From contig JAUPSS010000001.1 in the NCBI GenBank assembly GCA_040285825.1, positions 2,046,001-2,110,000 of the forward strand: 64,000 nucleotides of DNA, in the 5' to 3' direction. Made by a program: the position numbers and the translations under genes. A model generated the notes under the pieces. That model saw nothing but the letters and a program-made list of their open reading frames with translations, was not told the DNA's origin and ran no database searches. This document shows, piece after piece, positions 1 through 11,226 of the stretch. This stretch comes from Eukaryota sp. TZLM1-RC. Lineage: Eukaryota; Protista; Metamonada: BaSk clade. Positions within the stretch are counted from its first letter, which is position 1. Every line of letters starts with the position of its first letter.

Positions 1-300
1 AACAGCATGCAAAATACAATGTGTATCCATTTGTATTTTCTCTTTTTGGTTCACTTGCTCCAACGGCTATACGTTTTTTGGCAGATTTTGAAATGATTGT
101 AAAGAGAAGAACTAACAAAAAATTGAACAGATTGTTGTTTCAAAATAGAATTGTGTTTTCTATCTTTAAGGGGATGTTGAAGATGGTTTCTGATGCTTTA
201 CTTTCTCTTGAACCTCACTATGAGAGAGTTGCACCTAGTGTTTTTGTTTTGGGAGAGATGGATTATTTAGATGTTGATTTATAGGTTTTTAGTGAAATTA
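1..300 (+). mobile_element. 3' fragment of CRE-like RLE non-LTR retrotransposon, family A (ends ...DVDL)
   Basis: ORF 21-284 is nearly identical to the C-termini of ORFs 6025-6486 and 52474-53298, which carry RLE endonuclease motifs. Confidence 0.85.
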
Positions 301-379
301 ATAATACAAACATAAGGAATCTACTCTATATGACTTACACGTTACATAAATTTGTTTCTCTGACATTATTATTCACTTT

Positions 380-720
380 TTACTTACTTCTGAATGTAAT
401 AAAACGTTTACAGTTCAAAAGATGAGTAAACAAAAGAGGTTTACCACATTTACATGTTAAATGATAGGGCAAATTGTTTGGCCATAAAATACAACGAAAA
501 GGCATGTTGAAAAGCCATTCATTGTTTTTTAACAAAAGTCCATAAATAGAGGGAATTTGCGTAACTAAAAGCAGCAGAACTATCACAAATGTCCTTTAAA
601 AAATTACCGAAAGCGGGATTTTCAGTTTTGGCCAAGCCAAGTCTTACTTCATAATCCAAGCTTAAAAGCTACACAATCCTGATTGATATTCTGATATCTA
701 TTTTTGGAACAATAATAAGT
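380..720 (-). mobile_element. Degraded internal fragment of a family-A-related CRE-like element (zinc-finger region)
   Basis: WPNNLPYHLTCKCGKPLLFTHLLNCKRFITFRSK matches WPDNLPHNLICKCSQEITTTHLLNCKHFITFRSK in ORF 52474-53298. Confidence 0.75.
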
Positions 721-1127
721 TGCTTTGAATTTGTTGTAAAGAAATCATTCGTTATTCAGCTAATGTTTCGAATAAGAAAGGATGATCACAATGATCGGTT
801 GTTTACAAGACTTTTGTTATTGTAATGTGAGAAAAAAAAGGCATCGAAAATTTTTTCCCTAATTGGAAATACAAATAAAGTGAAACATAATAAAAACAAA
901 CACCATTGTGTTTAGTTCTTGTTTTTACAAAATGTGAAATATTTTGCTTGGAAAAAATAATTTATTAATTAATTATTCAAACGGTTCATTTAGCAAGTGG
1001 TTCATGTTCAAAAGATAAAAAGATCTGCTTTTAACAAGATTTCACTAACAACGTCACACAAATTAATTAAAGACTACTTTATACCTGAAAATATTGGAAA
1101 TGAACAACAACTTTAAAAAAACCAATA

Positions 1128-3239
1128 TTAACGCCTCTGTTTTTCTAAAATTTTTGAAACCATCAGTAAATCATTTTTGGCAGGAGATTCGGGCATTTCC
1201 TCTAAATCATAATAAAGCGGCGCCAACTCTAACAACCACCGTGGATCTATGCTACTTGCCGTTCGAATAAATTGCTTTGAAGTTCTCATAAATTCATGAA
1301 AAACAACCCACTTTGTATCCCCAGACAGACAAGACGAAGGATGAATAGTGACTTCTTGGTTATCCTTTATAGTTAAATAATGACCCTTCTTGTACATATG
1401 GGCGACTTGTGAAAAAAACCCTCCAGCCAAAGCCTTGCGGACATTGAAATGATACTCCGGTGAATCAGGCTGGTGTGATTCAAGAGAAAGATCTAGACGC
1501 TGACATAGGTTTTCTAATTGTGCACGGATCTTATCAGCATTGCGTAACGATCTAATAGACACAAAATTCCTAACAGCCCAATCAGGAGAATCTAGGTTCT
1601 TCAGATACGCATGGTAAATATTCAAGAGAGTTAAATGATCACCATCTTCATGAAGGAACTGTTCATGTGCTTGATCAGCATCCTTTTTCTTATCAGAGGG
1701 ACGAACCAGAATTGGGGGAACAGAGAGGAGTGCGGCAATCGTGATAGCAGCTTCTCCACAAAAAAGGTCATATTTGGGGTCACAGGCAAGAATAATCATT
1801 TTTGATAATTGTGGATCCAAAGGCATAGCAGCGAGCTTGTCTCCAATTGAGGTAAGCTTGCAATTGTCGTCAATGGCTTCCAAGTACAAGAGTAATTCAA
1901 GCGCTCGCATCAAGGACTCGGGAGCAGGAGGATCTGGCCAGTCAAAATGAACTAGGTCAGAGATGCCGAGACGCAGCATTTGGAGAGTGACTGCGGTGAT
2001 GTTACTTCTTAACATTTCTGGATGAGATTGTTCCAATAGCTTCTCGTGGTAAGCCTTCTCGGTGTATAAACGGAAGCATTTTCCCGGCCTCGTTCTGCCT
2101 GCACGTCCACTCCTCTGCTTAGCGGAGGCTTTGGAAATCGGAATGACGGGTAAAGACTCTATCCTTGTACGTGGATTATAATATTTTTGCTTACAAAAAC
2201 CAGGATCCACAGCATAAACTACACCATCAATTGTAATGGATGTTTCTGCAATGTTTGTACTAACGACAATCTTACGGCCCTTCTTAGGAGCAGGTTCAAA
2301 TATGCGTTTTTGTTGTGAAGAAGGAAGGGCTGCATAGAGAGGTAGAACTTTTGCATAACCCCCAATTCCCGGATTCTTGTTGCACTCGAAACTTATCCTA
2401 GATACAGCTTCCTCAATCTCCTCTTCCCCTGTGAGAAAGAGTAGAATGTCCCCAGGTTCTTCTGTTTGGTGTATTTCAATAACAGTAGAAATTGCCGACT
2501 CAAGATAATCCCTTACCGGCTTTTCGAGATAATTTATTCTAACATCAAACATTCTACCTGGAACTTCTAAATAAGGAGCCCCTGAAAAATAACTAATGAA
2601 CTTCTCTGCATTAAGTGTAGCAGACATAACTACAATTTTTAAATCACTCCGTTTTTTCAATAACTCTTTTAATACACCGAGCAAAACATCTGTAGAAACA
2701 GTGCGCTCATGGGCTTCGTCAATAACAACAATCTTGTAGCGAGAGAGAAGAGGATCATGCATAATTTCTCTCAAAAGCATACCATCCGTGAGGTATTTGA
2801 GCTTGGTTTTTTCAGAAGTATTATCTTCAAAACGGATGGTGTAACCTACGTACTGTCCAACTTGGGTATCCATCTCTTCTGCGACTCTTTCTGCAATAGA
2901 GACGGCGGCCACTCTACGTGGCTGGGTACAGCAGATGCCTTGTTCGTCTTGGAGAATGTCGGAAAGGAGTAGGAATTGGGGAACTTGGGTGGTTTTACCA
3001 GAACCAGTTTCACCCACCAGTACGGTGACGGGGTGATCACGAACGGTGTCAAGGATTTTCTTCTTGAAGGAATATACAGGAAGTTCCTTTCGGTGGTCTA
3101 GGAGTTGCCAGTATCTGCCAGAGAAGGCCTGATTAGTGAGAGGATTGGTGTAAAATTCTTCTTCTTCTTCATGATCAGTAGTGTTGGGCACCTTGAAAGC
3201 AGATGTTGATACAGAGACGAGCCTTTTCCCAGAGGACAT
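1128..3239 (-). CDS. PRP43: Pre-mRNA splicing DEAH-box RNA helicase Prp43/DHX15
   Basis: GETGSGKTTQVPQ, CTQPRRVAA, DEAH, MSAT, STNIAETSITIDG, QRSGRAGRTRPGKCFRLYTE; N-terminal NPLT..FS.RY and YNPRTRIESL are Prp43-like; 703 aa uninterrupted. Confidence 0.93.
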   Translation of the reverse strand: MSSGKRLVSVSTSAFKVPNTTDHEEEEEFYTNPLTNQAFSGRYWQLLDHRKELPVYSFKKKILDTVRDHPVTVLVGETGSGKTTQVPQFLLLSDILQDEQGICCTQPRRVAAVSIAERVAEEMDTQVGQYVGYTIRFEDNTSEKTKLKYLTDGMLLREIMHDPLLSRYKIVVIDEAHERTVSTDVLLGVLKELLKKRSDLKIVVMSATLNAEKFISYFSGAPYLEVPGRMFDVRINYLEKPVRDYLESAISTVIEIHQTEEPGDILLFLTGEEEIEEAVSRISFECNKNPGIGGYAKVLPLYAALPSSQQKRIFEPAPKKGRKIVVSTNIAETSITIDGVVYAVDPGFCKQKYYNPRTRIESLPVIPISKASAKQRSGRAGRTRPGKCFRLYTEKAYHEKLLEQSHPEMLRSNITAVTLQMLRLGISDLVHFDWPDPPAPESLMRALELLLYLEAIDDNCKLTSIGDKLAAMPLDPQLSKMIILACDPKYDLFCGEAAITIAALLSVPPILVRPSDKKKDADQAHEQFLHEDGDHLTLLNIYHAYLKNLDSPDWAVRNFVSIRSLRNADKIRAQLENLCQRLDLSLESHQPDSPEYHFNVRKALAGGFFSQVAHMYKKGHYLTIKDNQEVTIHPSSCLSGDTKWVVFHEFMRTSKQFIRTASSIDPRWLLELAPLYYDLEEMPESPAKNDLLMVSKILEKQRR

Positions 3240-3299
3240 CGGCTATAAGTGGCTGTAGGTTGTAATATTTTGTGTGGGAAACAATCCAGAAAAAGGTAC

Positions 3300-3445
3300 A
3301 AAATCTGTGTTCATTCAAACTTATTCCAAGAACTTTCATTCTTGGTGAGATTGTCCACAGACGTTCTAGAATCCTCGAATAATTGGCCACCAATCTCAGT
3401 GAGCCCATTTCTCCTCTAAAACAATACGTAGCTTTGAAGCTAGTT
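3300..3445 (-). ncRNA. Candidate Fanzor omegaRNA scaffold
   Basis: Directly 3' of the Fanzor stop: 8-bp stem UGAGAUUG(3398-3391)/CAAUCUCA(3353-3346), GAAA-tetraloop hairpin CCAAGAAU-GAAA-GUUCUUGG (3345-3326), and possible pseudoknot UUAUUCGAG(3382-3374)/UUUGAAUGA(3319-3311). Confidence 0.55.
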
Positions 3446-4397
3446 TCTTTGTGGTCTCTGGAACGCTTCTGGTCTTGTTCCATAGTAGTGCTCACTAATT
3501 GCAATTTCTAGCTGATTTAGTGATGCAGAAATGTCTCTAGACCATACTTGATCACATTCCGGACAACTGAAATAGGCGTTGTGAACTTTAACTTCACCAT
3601 CAATTTCTCGATAGATCTTTTGGTGAAGCATCTTGCAGCAGTTCACCTTTGCAGATGTCATATATTCATCTCCGATCTTCACATTAGCAAATGAACATTG
3701 TAACAACTTCAGAAATGCCTTACGCGGAGTTTTCACTTTTTGACGTGATGTACCACCACCTCCATGGCCAAACCACACCTTTACTTCTCGACCGTTTGCA
3801 AATTTTTTCACTTTGTTGATAATGGTGCTTAATCTTTTCTGTTTTCTTATAAAGAAGTCAAATGTGTTTCTCCTCAATGCTTTTCGAGCACTCAGATATA
3901 ATTACTGCTTTAGCAATGATCGTTTTACGTATTACCTTCATAGTCCTTATAGTCACCGATAGTCGATATTTCAAGCAGACAATGGTTCAATTTCTGCACG
4001 TCATAAACATCTATTGATGAGTAGGTCAGTTAAGCAGAGTGATTGATTTTTCGTTGCTTTGGTGCCAAGAAGATATTGGATACGGTCGGCCCTGAACGTG
4101 TTTCAATGCTGGAACCACATATATTTGAGTGGTTGGGGTCGATGGCCCAGAACACCATTTCCGTATCGTCATCAGGTGCCTGCCACTCAGTAGCTTTTGG
4201 TTTCTGGCGAGGTCTTGGCCGTTCAACCTTGGCTTGCAAGGTATGTTTTCTATTCCGAGTGGTTTCGTAGTAGTCAAGTTCCCCTCTGGATCTCTTATTA
4301 CTCAAGGCTTCTCCGGACAATCTCACTCGTGTTGCTTTGGGGTGCGGTTTGAAAGTCATACGGACACTATCACCATTAGAAGACATGGTGTAGTCAT
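3440..4397 (-). pseudogene. Fanzor/TnpB-like RuvC nuclease, family A copy 1 (5'-truncated, one stop, one frameshift)
   Basis: RuvC-I VFWAIDPN, VKVWFG, RuvC-II KIGDEYMTS, zinc finger CC...CPEC, RuvC-III WSRDISASLN, terminal GTRPEAFQR. Stop at 4030-4032 where copy 2 has TCA; 1-nt deletion near 3930 relative to copy 2. Confidence 0.88.
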
Positions 4398-4835
4398 TAA
4401 TAATCCTCTTCTTGCAAGCGAAAAATATAAAATTGCTAAATATGCGAAACCCATTTCCTCGATTAATGAAAATTTTCATACCCAATATAACTTATGTCCC
4501 TTTGTTTTTTCTTTGCTTGGATCTTTGGGTAAGGCTGCTATGGCTTTCATATATTATTTACCATATATTATAGTTAGGATTTTGTTGTAGTTGTGAAGGA
4601 AAGATCTGGAAGAATTTTCAGTTGTGTTTACTGGCAAAACAGGTTTGTATTTTCTATTTTTAAGGGAATGGTAAAACTAATTTCTGATTCACTCTCTTCT
4701 TTTGGAAATTTTTCTGAATCTTTAGCAATTAATTGTTTTGAAGTAGGGGAGGCAGATTTCGAGGATGTGGGGTTTTAGTTGTGTATTTTATGTTTTCATC
4801 TTCCTTAATAATTGAATACAAAAGGAACTTAAAAA
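4398..4835 (+). mobile_element. 3' fragment of CRE-like element, family D (ends ...FEDVGF)
   Basis: NNPLLASEKYKIAKY...LCPFVFSLLGSLG...WQNRFVFSIFKG; homologous to 51073-51546; A-rich tail. Confidence 0.8.
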
Positions 4836-5034
4836 ATTCCAAAACAAAAGCATTATCATTTTGGGAACAAGAGCCTCAGTTTCCATCATATAAAATCAAT
4901 TATACCTTTGCACTTCACCTTAATAAATTTCCATTTTTTTGTAATTTTTTGCCTGATTTGTAACGAACAACTTCTTTTATGCAAAAGGTGTTGTGAAGAA
5001 ATGGAGAACAAAAATAAAAAAGAACAAAAATGTA

Positions 5035-5107
5035 CTCACTCGGTGAGACTCGAACTCACAACCTTTCGATTAACAGTCGAGCGCACTGCCGGTTGTGCTA
5101 CGAGTGA
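5035..5107 (-). tRNA. tRNA-Asn (GTT)
   Basis: Cloverleaf TCACTCG-TA-GCAC AACCGGCA GTGC-G-CTCGA CTGTTAA TCGAA-AGGTT-GTGAG TTCGAGT CTCAC-CGAGTGA-G; one C27.A43 mismatch; oligo-T Pol III terminator follows. Confidence 0.93.
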
Positions 5108-5189
5108 CAATGGAATACAGAGGTTGTCCATTTGAGAATCCACAAGGCCACCAAAATTGAGAATCAACATTTTGTCTCCCATATTATCT

Positions 5190-5340
5190 ACTGCTTTATT
5201 GTCTCTTGGTCGTTTTTATGAAGGAAAAACTTCCAGTCAATTCTTTTTGGCTGAGCCGGGATATGAAGATTCAGCATTTTAAATGTGTTGTTTCGTTTCT
5301 CTCGGTGGACTAAATTAAAATAAAAAATTCCAATTAAAAA
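5190..5340 (+). mobile_element. 3' tip of CRE-like element, family E
   Basis: Matches 51000-51064 plus 51547-51575 (TCTCTTGG.CG.TTTTATGAA.GAAAAACTTCCAGTCAATT...GGGATATGAAGATT). Confidence 0.7.
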
Positions 5341-5422
5341 CTTTTGGAATTTTGTCATTTTGACCCAAAGTTTTTGATGTCAGAACCATTCCTGCCATTT
5401 TGCAACTACTACGTCAAGTCCG

Positions 5423-5865
5423 GATTCAGTGGATGTATGCAAAAAATGCTTTGAAAAATGCACAATCCGAAATATCCCCCCTTGATGATTCAGACTTGTT
5501 CAAACGGAAGAAATATGCAAACCCTTCAAAAGGTTGAAACATGGTGAACATGTCGATTACCAAGTTTGTCCATTTGCTATATCTTTGTATGGACGTCTCC
5601 GGAAAAACTGTCATAAATTTTGTTGATGATTTTGAAAATTTTGTGAAAAGGAGAACGAATAAGCGTTTTGATCATCGTATGTGGTTAAATCGTGTTGTTT
5701 TCCAAAACAATCCCTAAAATTTTTTCCATAACGCTGATGTCTGTCAATACTGACACTTAATTACGAAAACATTGCTGTTGTACGGTTTGATGGTGTGGAC
5801 GCTTGTATTGAAGATTTTGATTTCTAGATTGTATTTTTGAAAACATATTAATTTGTTTTAAATAA
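5423..5865 (+). mobile_element. Degraded 3' fragment of CRE-like element, family F
   Basis: Frameshifted translation DSVDVCK..SPLDDSDLFKRKKYANP..VCPFAISLYG..FVDDFENFVKRRTNKRFDHRMWLNRVVF parallels the RLE C-termini of the other families. Confidence 0.7.
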
Positions 5866-5995
5866 GGTCCTGTTTCTATCCCAGAACCCCACAAGCACAG
5901 AGTACTTTTTTTGCTCATTTCAACTAGTAAACACTAATGATTATAGAAGCTTATATTTGAAAGCATATGGGGAGTAATATATAACTTAGATGGGA

Positions 5996-6466
5996 ATTTT
6001 TTTTAAATTCAATTTTATTCAAACCTATAAATCAACATCTAAAAAATCCATCTCTCCCAAAACGAAAACACTAGATGCAACTCTCTCATAGTGAGATCCA
6101 AGAGAAAGCAAAGCATCAGAAACCATCTTCAACATCCCCTTAAAAATAGAAAACACAATTCTATTTTGCCAAAACAATCTGTTGAAATTTCGGCCAGTTC
6201 TTCTCTTTACAATCATTTCAAAATCATCCAAAAAACGTAAAGCAGTTGGTGCAAGTGAACCAAAAAGGGAAAATACAAATGGATACAACTTGTATTTTGC
6301 ATGCTGTAGACTGGCCAATTTGGACAAAGGTTGATTGTATTTTTTGAATTTAAAATTTTCAGCATTTGAAAGGGGATTATGAATTTCAGAATTAACAAGC
6401 CTTTCATTTGAAGCATTACAAGGATCAACAGACATTACATCCAATAAAATGAAGCTTCCATCTAGA
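5996..6466 (-). mobile_element. 3' fragment of CRE-like element, family A
   Basis: ORF 6025-6486 nearly identical to C-terminal half of ORF 52474-53298; A-rich tail near 5996-6004. Confidence 0.88.
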
Positions 6467-6852
6467 TGGGAAAAGGTACATAACAATACTGCTGAAGCTT
6501 GATTCGGCAGTAAAACTTTAGTAATAGATGTATTCGTAATTTGATAAATTCTAATTCCATGTTTTGGAAACCGAAACTCAAAAAAACCAAAGAGGTCTTA
6601 AAAAAACTTTAAAAAATCTTTGCAATTTGGTTGTCATTTTGACAAAACCTGTTGAAACCAAATTTTGTACAAGGCCAGGAACATCGTAAACAGAATTACT
6701 ATAATCATAAACTTTGTAGTTATTATTTTTAATGTTGTTTTTGGGCGCAAATTTTGCACAAACACAGAATAAAAGTATTATGCTAAACCCAAAAAAGAAA
6801 GTCCCGAATTGATTCCAACTCAACTAAATAAAATGGTTTACATTACAAGAAT

Positions 6853-7881
6853 CTACGCTACAGATTTATTCTTAATGGAAGCAAGCTCCCTAGCTTCCTT
6901 CTTTCTATTCCGCTCCTCATAAACATGTCTTCTGGATAAAACTCTGTCGGTAAGAGTTAGATAAGAAAAATCAGCAAATTTACTGTCAATGGACAAGATC
7001 TTCAACTTATTACCACTGACATTCTCATTTGGATTGAAGTTTCCGTACATGGATGGTCCAGCTAGCACAGAGTCAATGTCTAACATTGAAAGGAACTTAT
7101 CATCAATACTAGAAGGAGCTCCAAGAATGACATCGTCAACTCCACGGAGAGAAAGTACCATCAGAGAACGCTCCTGCATGGATAGAATAGGATAAGGTTC
7201 TCCGCGATGTTTGGTGACTACCTCGTCCTTCCACACACCAACAATTACGTGGTCGTATTGGCGACTAGCTTCTTTAATGATATCAAGGTGACCAGGGTGC
7301 AGAATGTCAAAAGCTCCGTGAATGTAAACAACAGAATCCCCCTTCTTTCTTGGTTTGCATTTATCATAGAAAGCGGCCAAGAGAGACGATGGAAGAAGAA
7401 ACGAGTTACCTCCCGTATACGGAGAACGTTCTTCTGGACTCAGTTGTTGGTTGGACTCATGCTCTAGGAGTCTTGAGACCAAATCAGTAGTAGAAACACC
7501 CTTGGTTCGTTCAAAATGTTTGAGCCTACCAGCTTTCTTGACATATTCATAAGGATCACTTCCATCATGTGAAAGTGAATCATCATTACCATGTGCAACA
7601 TAAAAGTTGGAACCGCAATGTTGTTCACAAACAGCAAGGTCAGTAGTCCAAGGAGCATCACCAACAACATGGTCAACCCATTTACAGGCACCAACGATGA
7701 GAACGCGTTCTTCTTCTGTCATTACTGGAGCAGCACCTTTTTGCAACTGAACGTCTGCATCCGAATGAACCCCTGCAAAGAGACGTTCTCCAAGTTTAGA
7801 AGATTGACGAAAAGCATTGGCATGTCCAGTATGGTAACAGTCAAAAACACCATCTGCCCAGATAGAAGATTCAATGGTCAT
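6853..7881 (-). CDS. PCYT2: Ethanolamine-phosphate cytidylyltransferase
   Basis: Two cytidylyltransferase domains: WADGVFDCYHTGH...RTKGVSTTDLVSR and VYIHGAFDILHPGH...PILSMQERSL; first in-frame ATG at 7881. Confidence 0.92.
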   Translation of the reverse strand: MTIESSIWADGVFDCYHTGHANAFRQSSKLGERLFAGVHSDADVQLQKGAAPVMTEEERVLIVGACKWVDHVVGDAPWTTDLAVCEQHCGSNFYVAHGNDDSLSHDGSDPYEYVKKAGRLKHFERTKGVSTTDLVSRLLEHESNQQLSPEERSPYTGGNSFLLPSSLLAAFYDKCKPRKKGDSVVYIHGAFDILHPGHLDIIKEASRQYDHVIVGVWKDEVVTKHRGEPYPILSMQERSLMVLSLRGVDDVILGAPSSIDDKFLSMLDIDSVLAGPSMYGNFNPNENVSGNKLKILSIDSKFADFSYLTLTDRVLSRRHVYEERNRKKEARELASIKNKSVA

Positions 7882-8091
7882 TGTTGAATATGATAAGAAG
7901 TGCGTTGAATGAGATTGTGGAGTTTTGACAAACAACTGAGTTTACTTCACTTAGATTAACACTATATGAATCAATCAGCGAGTTAAGAAAATCAAATACA
8001 CAACTGAAGCTCTACATCCTCAACATCTGTTGCTCATACATCGAAACAGTTTTTTACTAAAGATTCAGAATATTTACCAAAAGAAGAAGCA

Positions 8092-10235
8092 GTCTCTGAG
8101 AGCATACAAAATATTTTTTCTGCTTGTTGCTTAAGCAGGTTCAATGAAAAAGCAAAAAAAATTTATTGCCCTTTCAATATGGAATTAATACCACTAATCG
8201 AGTTTCTTCAGCGATATTTGCTACTGATGTTTTATTTCGCCAAAATGAATCCAATGTTTGTATGTCATTGGATTTTAGTAATGCTTTCAATTCACTAAGT
8301 CGTCGCAGTATCCATGGTGCTCTATTGCAATATATGCCGGAATTAATACCGTATTTTCAATCAACATATTGCACATATTCTAATTTACATTTTGGTAATA
8401 ACATTTTGAGTTCATCAAGTGGTGTAAAGCAAGGAGATCCGTAAGGGCCTCTCTTGTTTTGTTTGGCCATTCATCCTATTTTGTTGCAAATTCAAGAGAA
8501 GTTTCCTTCACTAAAAATGATTGCATATGTGGATGATGTTGTGCTTATTGGTGATTTAAATATTGTGAAACAAGCAACTGTATGTTTCAAAGAATTATTT
8601 ACCAAAATTGGTCTCCGACTTAATTTACTTAAATGTGTTTTGTTATCGAATTCTCCAGTTTCTACAATAGTTGATGGTATTGAAATTCAAGCCAAATTAT
8701 ATTCAATTGATGCTATTCGTCATCTGGGTTCGTTTTTAGGAAATGATGATGAAATTACCAAAAAATTGTTTGAAAAGTTGATCTCAATTTCCGATAAAAT
8801 TGACCGAATGATGAACTTAGATATACAAAAACACATCAAATTTACCATTATAAGACTGTGTTTTAGTTCCAACTTCAATCATATATTTCGATCTACAAAT
8901 CCTCTTGTCACTAGGCCTTTGGCTCAGAAGTTTAATGAGTTACGTGCAAAAGTTTTGTCACAATTACTGGGAAGTAAAATGTTCCAAATTCCACACCATG
9001 CTTATCTTAGTCCACATTATGGCGGTTTAAGTTGGACGAAGGCTTCCATTCTTACTTCGTGTGCTTTTATTGGTGGATGCAGAAATGCAGTCTTTGAGTT
9101 TTCCGAAAGATATGCAGATTGGGAAAATTTATTGATGACAACGCAAAGTTCAACTATTTGTGCATTAAATGAGGAAAATTCAAAAATCGATTTAGAAAAA
9201 TTGACTCAATGCTTTCCCCAATCATTCAATGGAAATTTTCCGGAAAAATTTAGTTAATTTTAAAATACACTCTTCGAGCATTACAGAAACGATTGACTGG
9301 AATGTATGAAAATGATCTTTATAATAATATATGCAGCTCGGCTGTTTTAAATCTAGATCTTCACTCATTGTTATTGGAAAAGGGTGTTTGTGAAAATAAG
9401 TCATCAGAATCTTCACTTTTCGTAACCATTGTACCACGAAGATTTGGATTGTGTGCTACTAATGAAGCATTTGTAACAAAAATGAGATTATATTGGAATA
9501 TCCCCATTAATCGATTATTATCAAAAGAAAAATGTATTTGTTCGAATTCATTTCAACTCACTTTGCGCCATGCTCTGAATTGTTCTAAATTGATAATTTA
9601 TCGTCCTTCATTACATGATGCTGTTAGAAACACTGTTTTTAATATGGCACAAACTGCAAGAATATCGTGTATCAAAGAGCCTCTGCTGAAAGAAACACTG
9701 TCTCTGAATAATTTTGGTTCTGATGATAGAGGTGATGTATACTGTGATTGGATTGATAATTTTGAAGCTATTGTTGACTTTGTCTCATGTAATGTTGCAA
9801 ATGATACTTTGGTTCACAGAAGAAAACTTAATCCTGTGAGTGATTTTAAAGCAAAAGAAAAACATAGAAAATATGATAAAGATATTGAAGAGGCTAATGT
9901 CGATAGAAATACACAGCTGGTTTTTATTGCTTTCCCATTTTCGATAAATGGAAGATTATCAGTTGAAGCAGAAACTTTTTTGGATGACTTCCAAAAAATG
10001 GTGCAAGAAAAAACAATGAAAAGATTTGATATTTTTTTATGGCGTTCACGGATTCAATTTGCCATTATTAATAAATTACCTCGGTTTTTCAATCGAATAA
10101 GAGAAGCTTTAGCTAGACAGCAAGCAGATCAAGATTTTGTAGAATAAATCTTGGTTCAATGATAGTCGTCCCATTAGTTATGAGTTAATTTAATTAAGTG
10201 TGCATGTTCAGTAAATATCAATTTTGATTAAAAAG
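8092..10235 (+). mobile_element. 5'-truncated CRE-like element, family B (RT + zinc finger + RLE), disrupted
   Basis: LDFSNAFN, GVKQGDP*GP, AYVDDV, CIC...HALNC, LHDAVR, RGDVY, KEKHRKY; homologous to 59461-62725. Confidence 0.92.
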
Positions 10236-10607
10236 AAGAAGAAAGTAAATCTGAAAATAATTTCTTCATTCCCTTATAAATTGAAAACATAATCCTGTTT
10301 TGCCAGTAAACCTGATTGAAACTTCTTCAAGTCCTTTTAATGCTTTTCGTGCACAATACATAAACAAAAACAGAAGTTTATGGACACAATATAAGAAATC
10401 AATGAAATAATACCACTATAAGAATTTGAATACTAGATGACGTGAACCACCTTCCAAAAAGGGAAAATCATGTTTAGCTACTGCTAACACTTTCCTTTAC
10501 AACTGAACTGATATCCTCAAGGAACGCCAAAGCAGCGCTGCCTGGAGAACGAAGCAAAGAAAAAACAAAGGTAAAACAATTATATTCGGCATACTGGTGT
10601 TTTATTC

Positions 10608-11003
10608 ATGTTTGAATCGTTTGGTTTATCTGTTCAATGTGCAACTGGTTTCATCATATGCCTTTGTGGCCTGGCATTTAATTCAAAACGTAGGTCTTAT
10701 GTTCATCCCAAGGCACATTCACTTCAATGTATTTATTTATTAGTGGAGGGAATATTGTTTATGTTGATGTTTGTACGGGGTATTGATTATGTGAATACTT
10801 CATTTGTGTTTTTTGATGTTGTTTTAATATTGACAGGATTCTTGATTCTGTATGCAATTTACGGTAGTTTGTCTTCTTTTGTCTGGGTAACCATAGACAA
10901 TGTTAAGTTTACAAAAAATAAGACTTTTGCTACTAATATTCTTCAAAATCCTTTTGTACATTTGGGTCACCGATTAGAAGGTGATGAATTTGATGTAGAA
11001 TAG
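10608..11003 (+). CDS. Hypothetical small membrane protein or remnant
   Basis: 131-aa ATG-initiated ORF with hydrophobic segments; no recognised motif. Confidence 0.3.
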   Translation: MFESFGLSVQCATGFIICLCGLAFNSKRRSYVHPKAHSLQCIYLLVEGILFMLMFVRGIDYVNTSFVFFDVVLILTGFLILYAIYGSLSSFVWVTIDNVKFTKNKTFATNILQNPFVHLGHRLEGDEFDVE

Positions 11004-11226
11004 ATGTTTTGTATAAATTTTTTTGTTTTGTATTTGTTACTTGCCCTAGTGGAAAACAATGTTGTGCTGTCAATTTAAAAAACTTGAAGTTGAATACCAG
11101 AATGAGACCAATTACTTTGATGTACAGTGTGTATTAATCACTATGTAATACTTCTTTCCACTTGAAAACAATATAGGGTATTATTATAAACAACTATTCA
11201 ATCACCTTTATTTCACCAATCACAAA

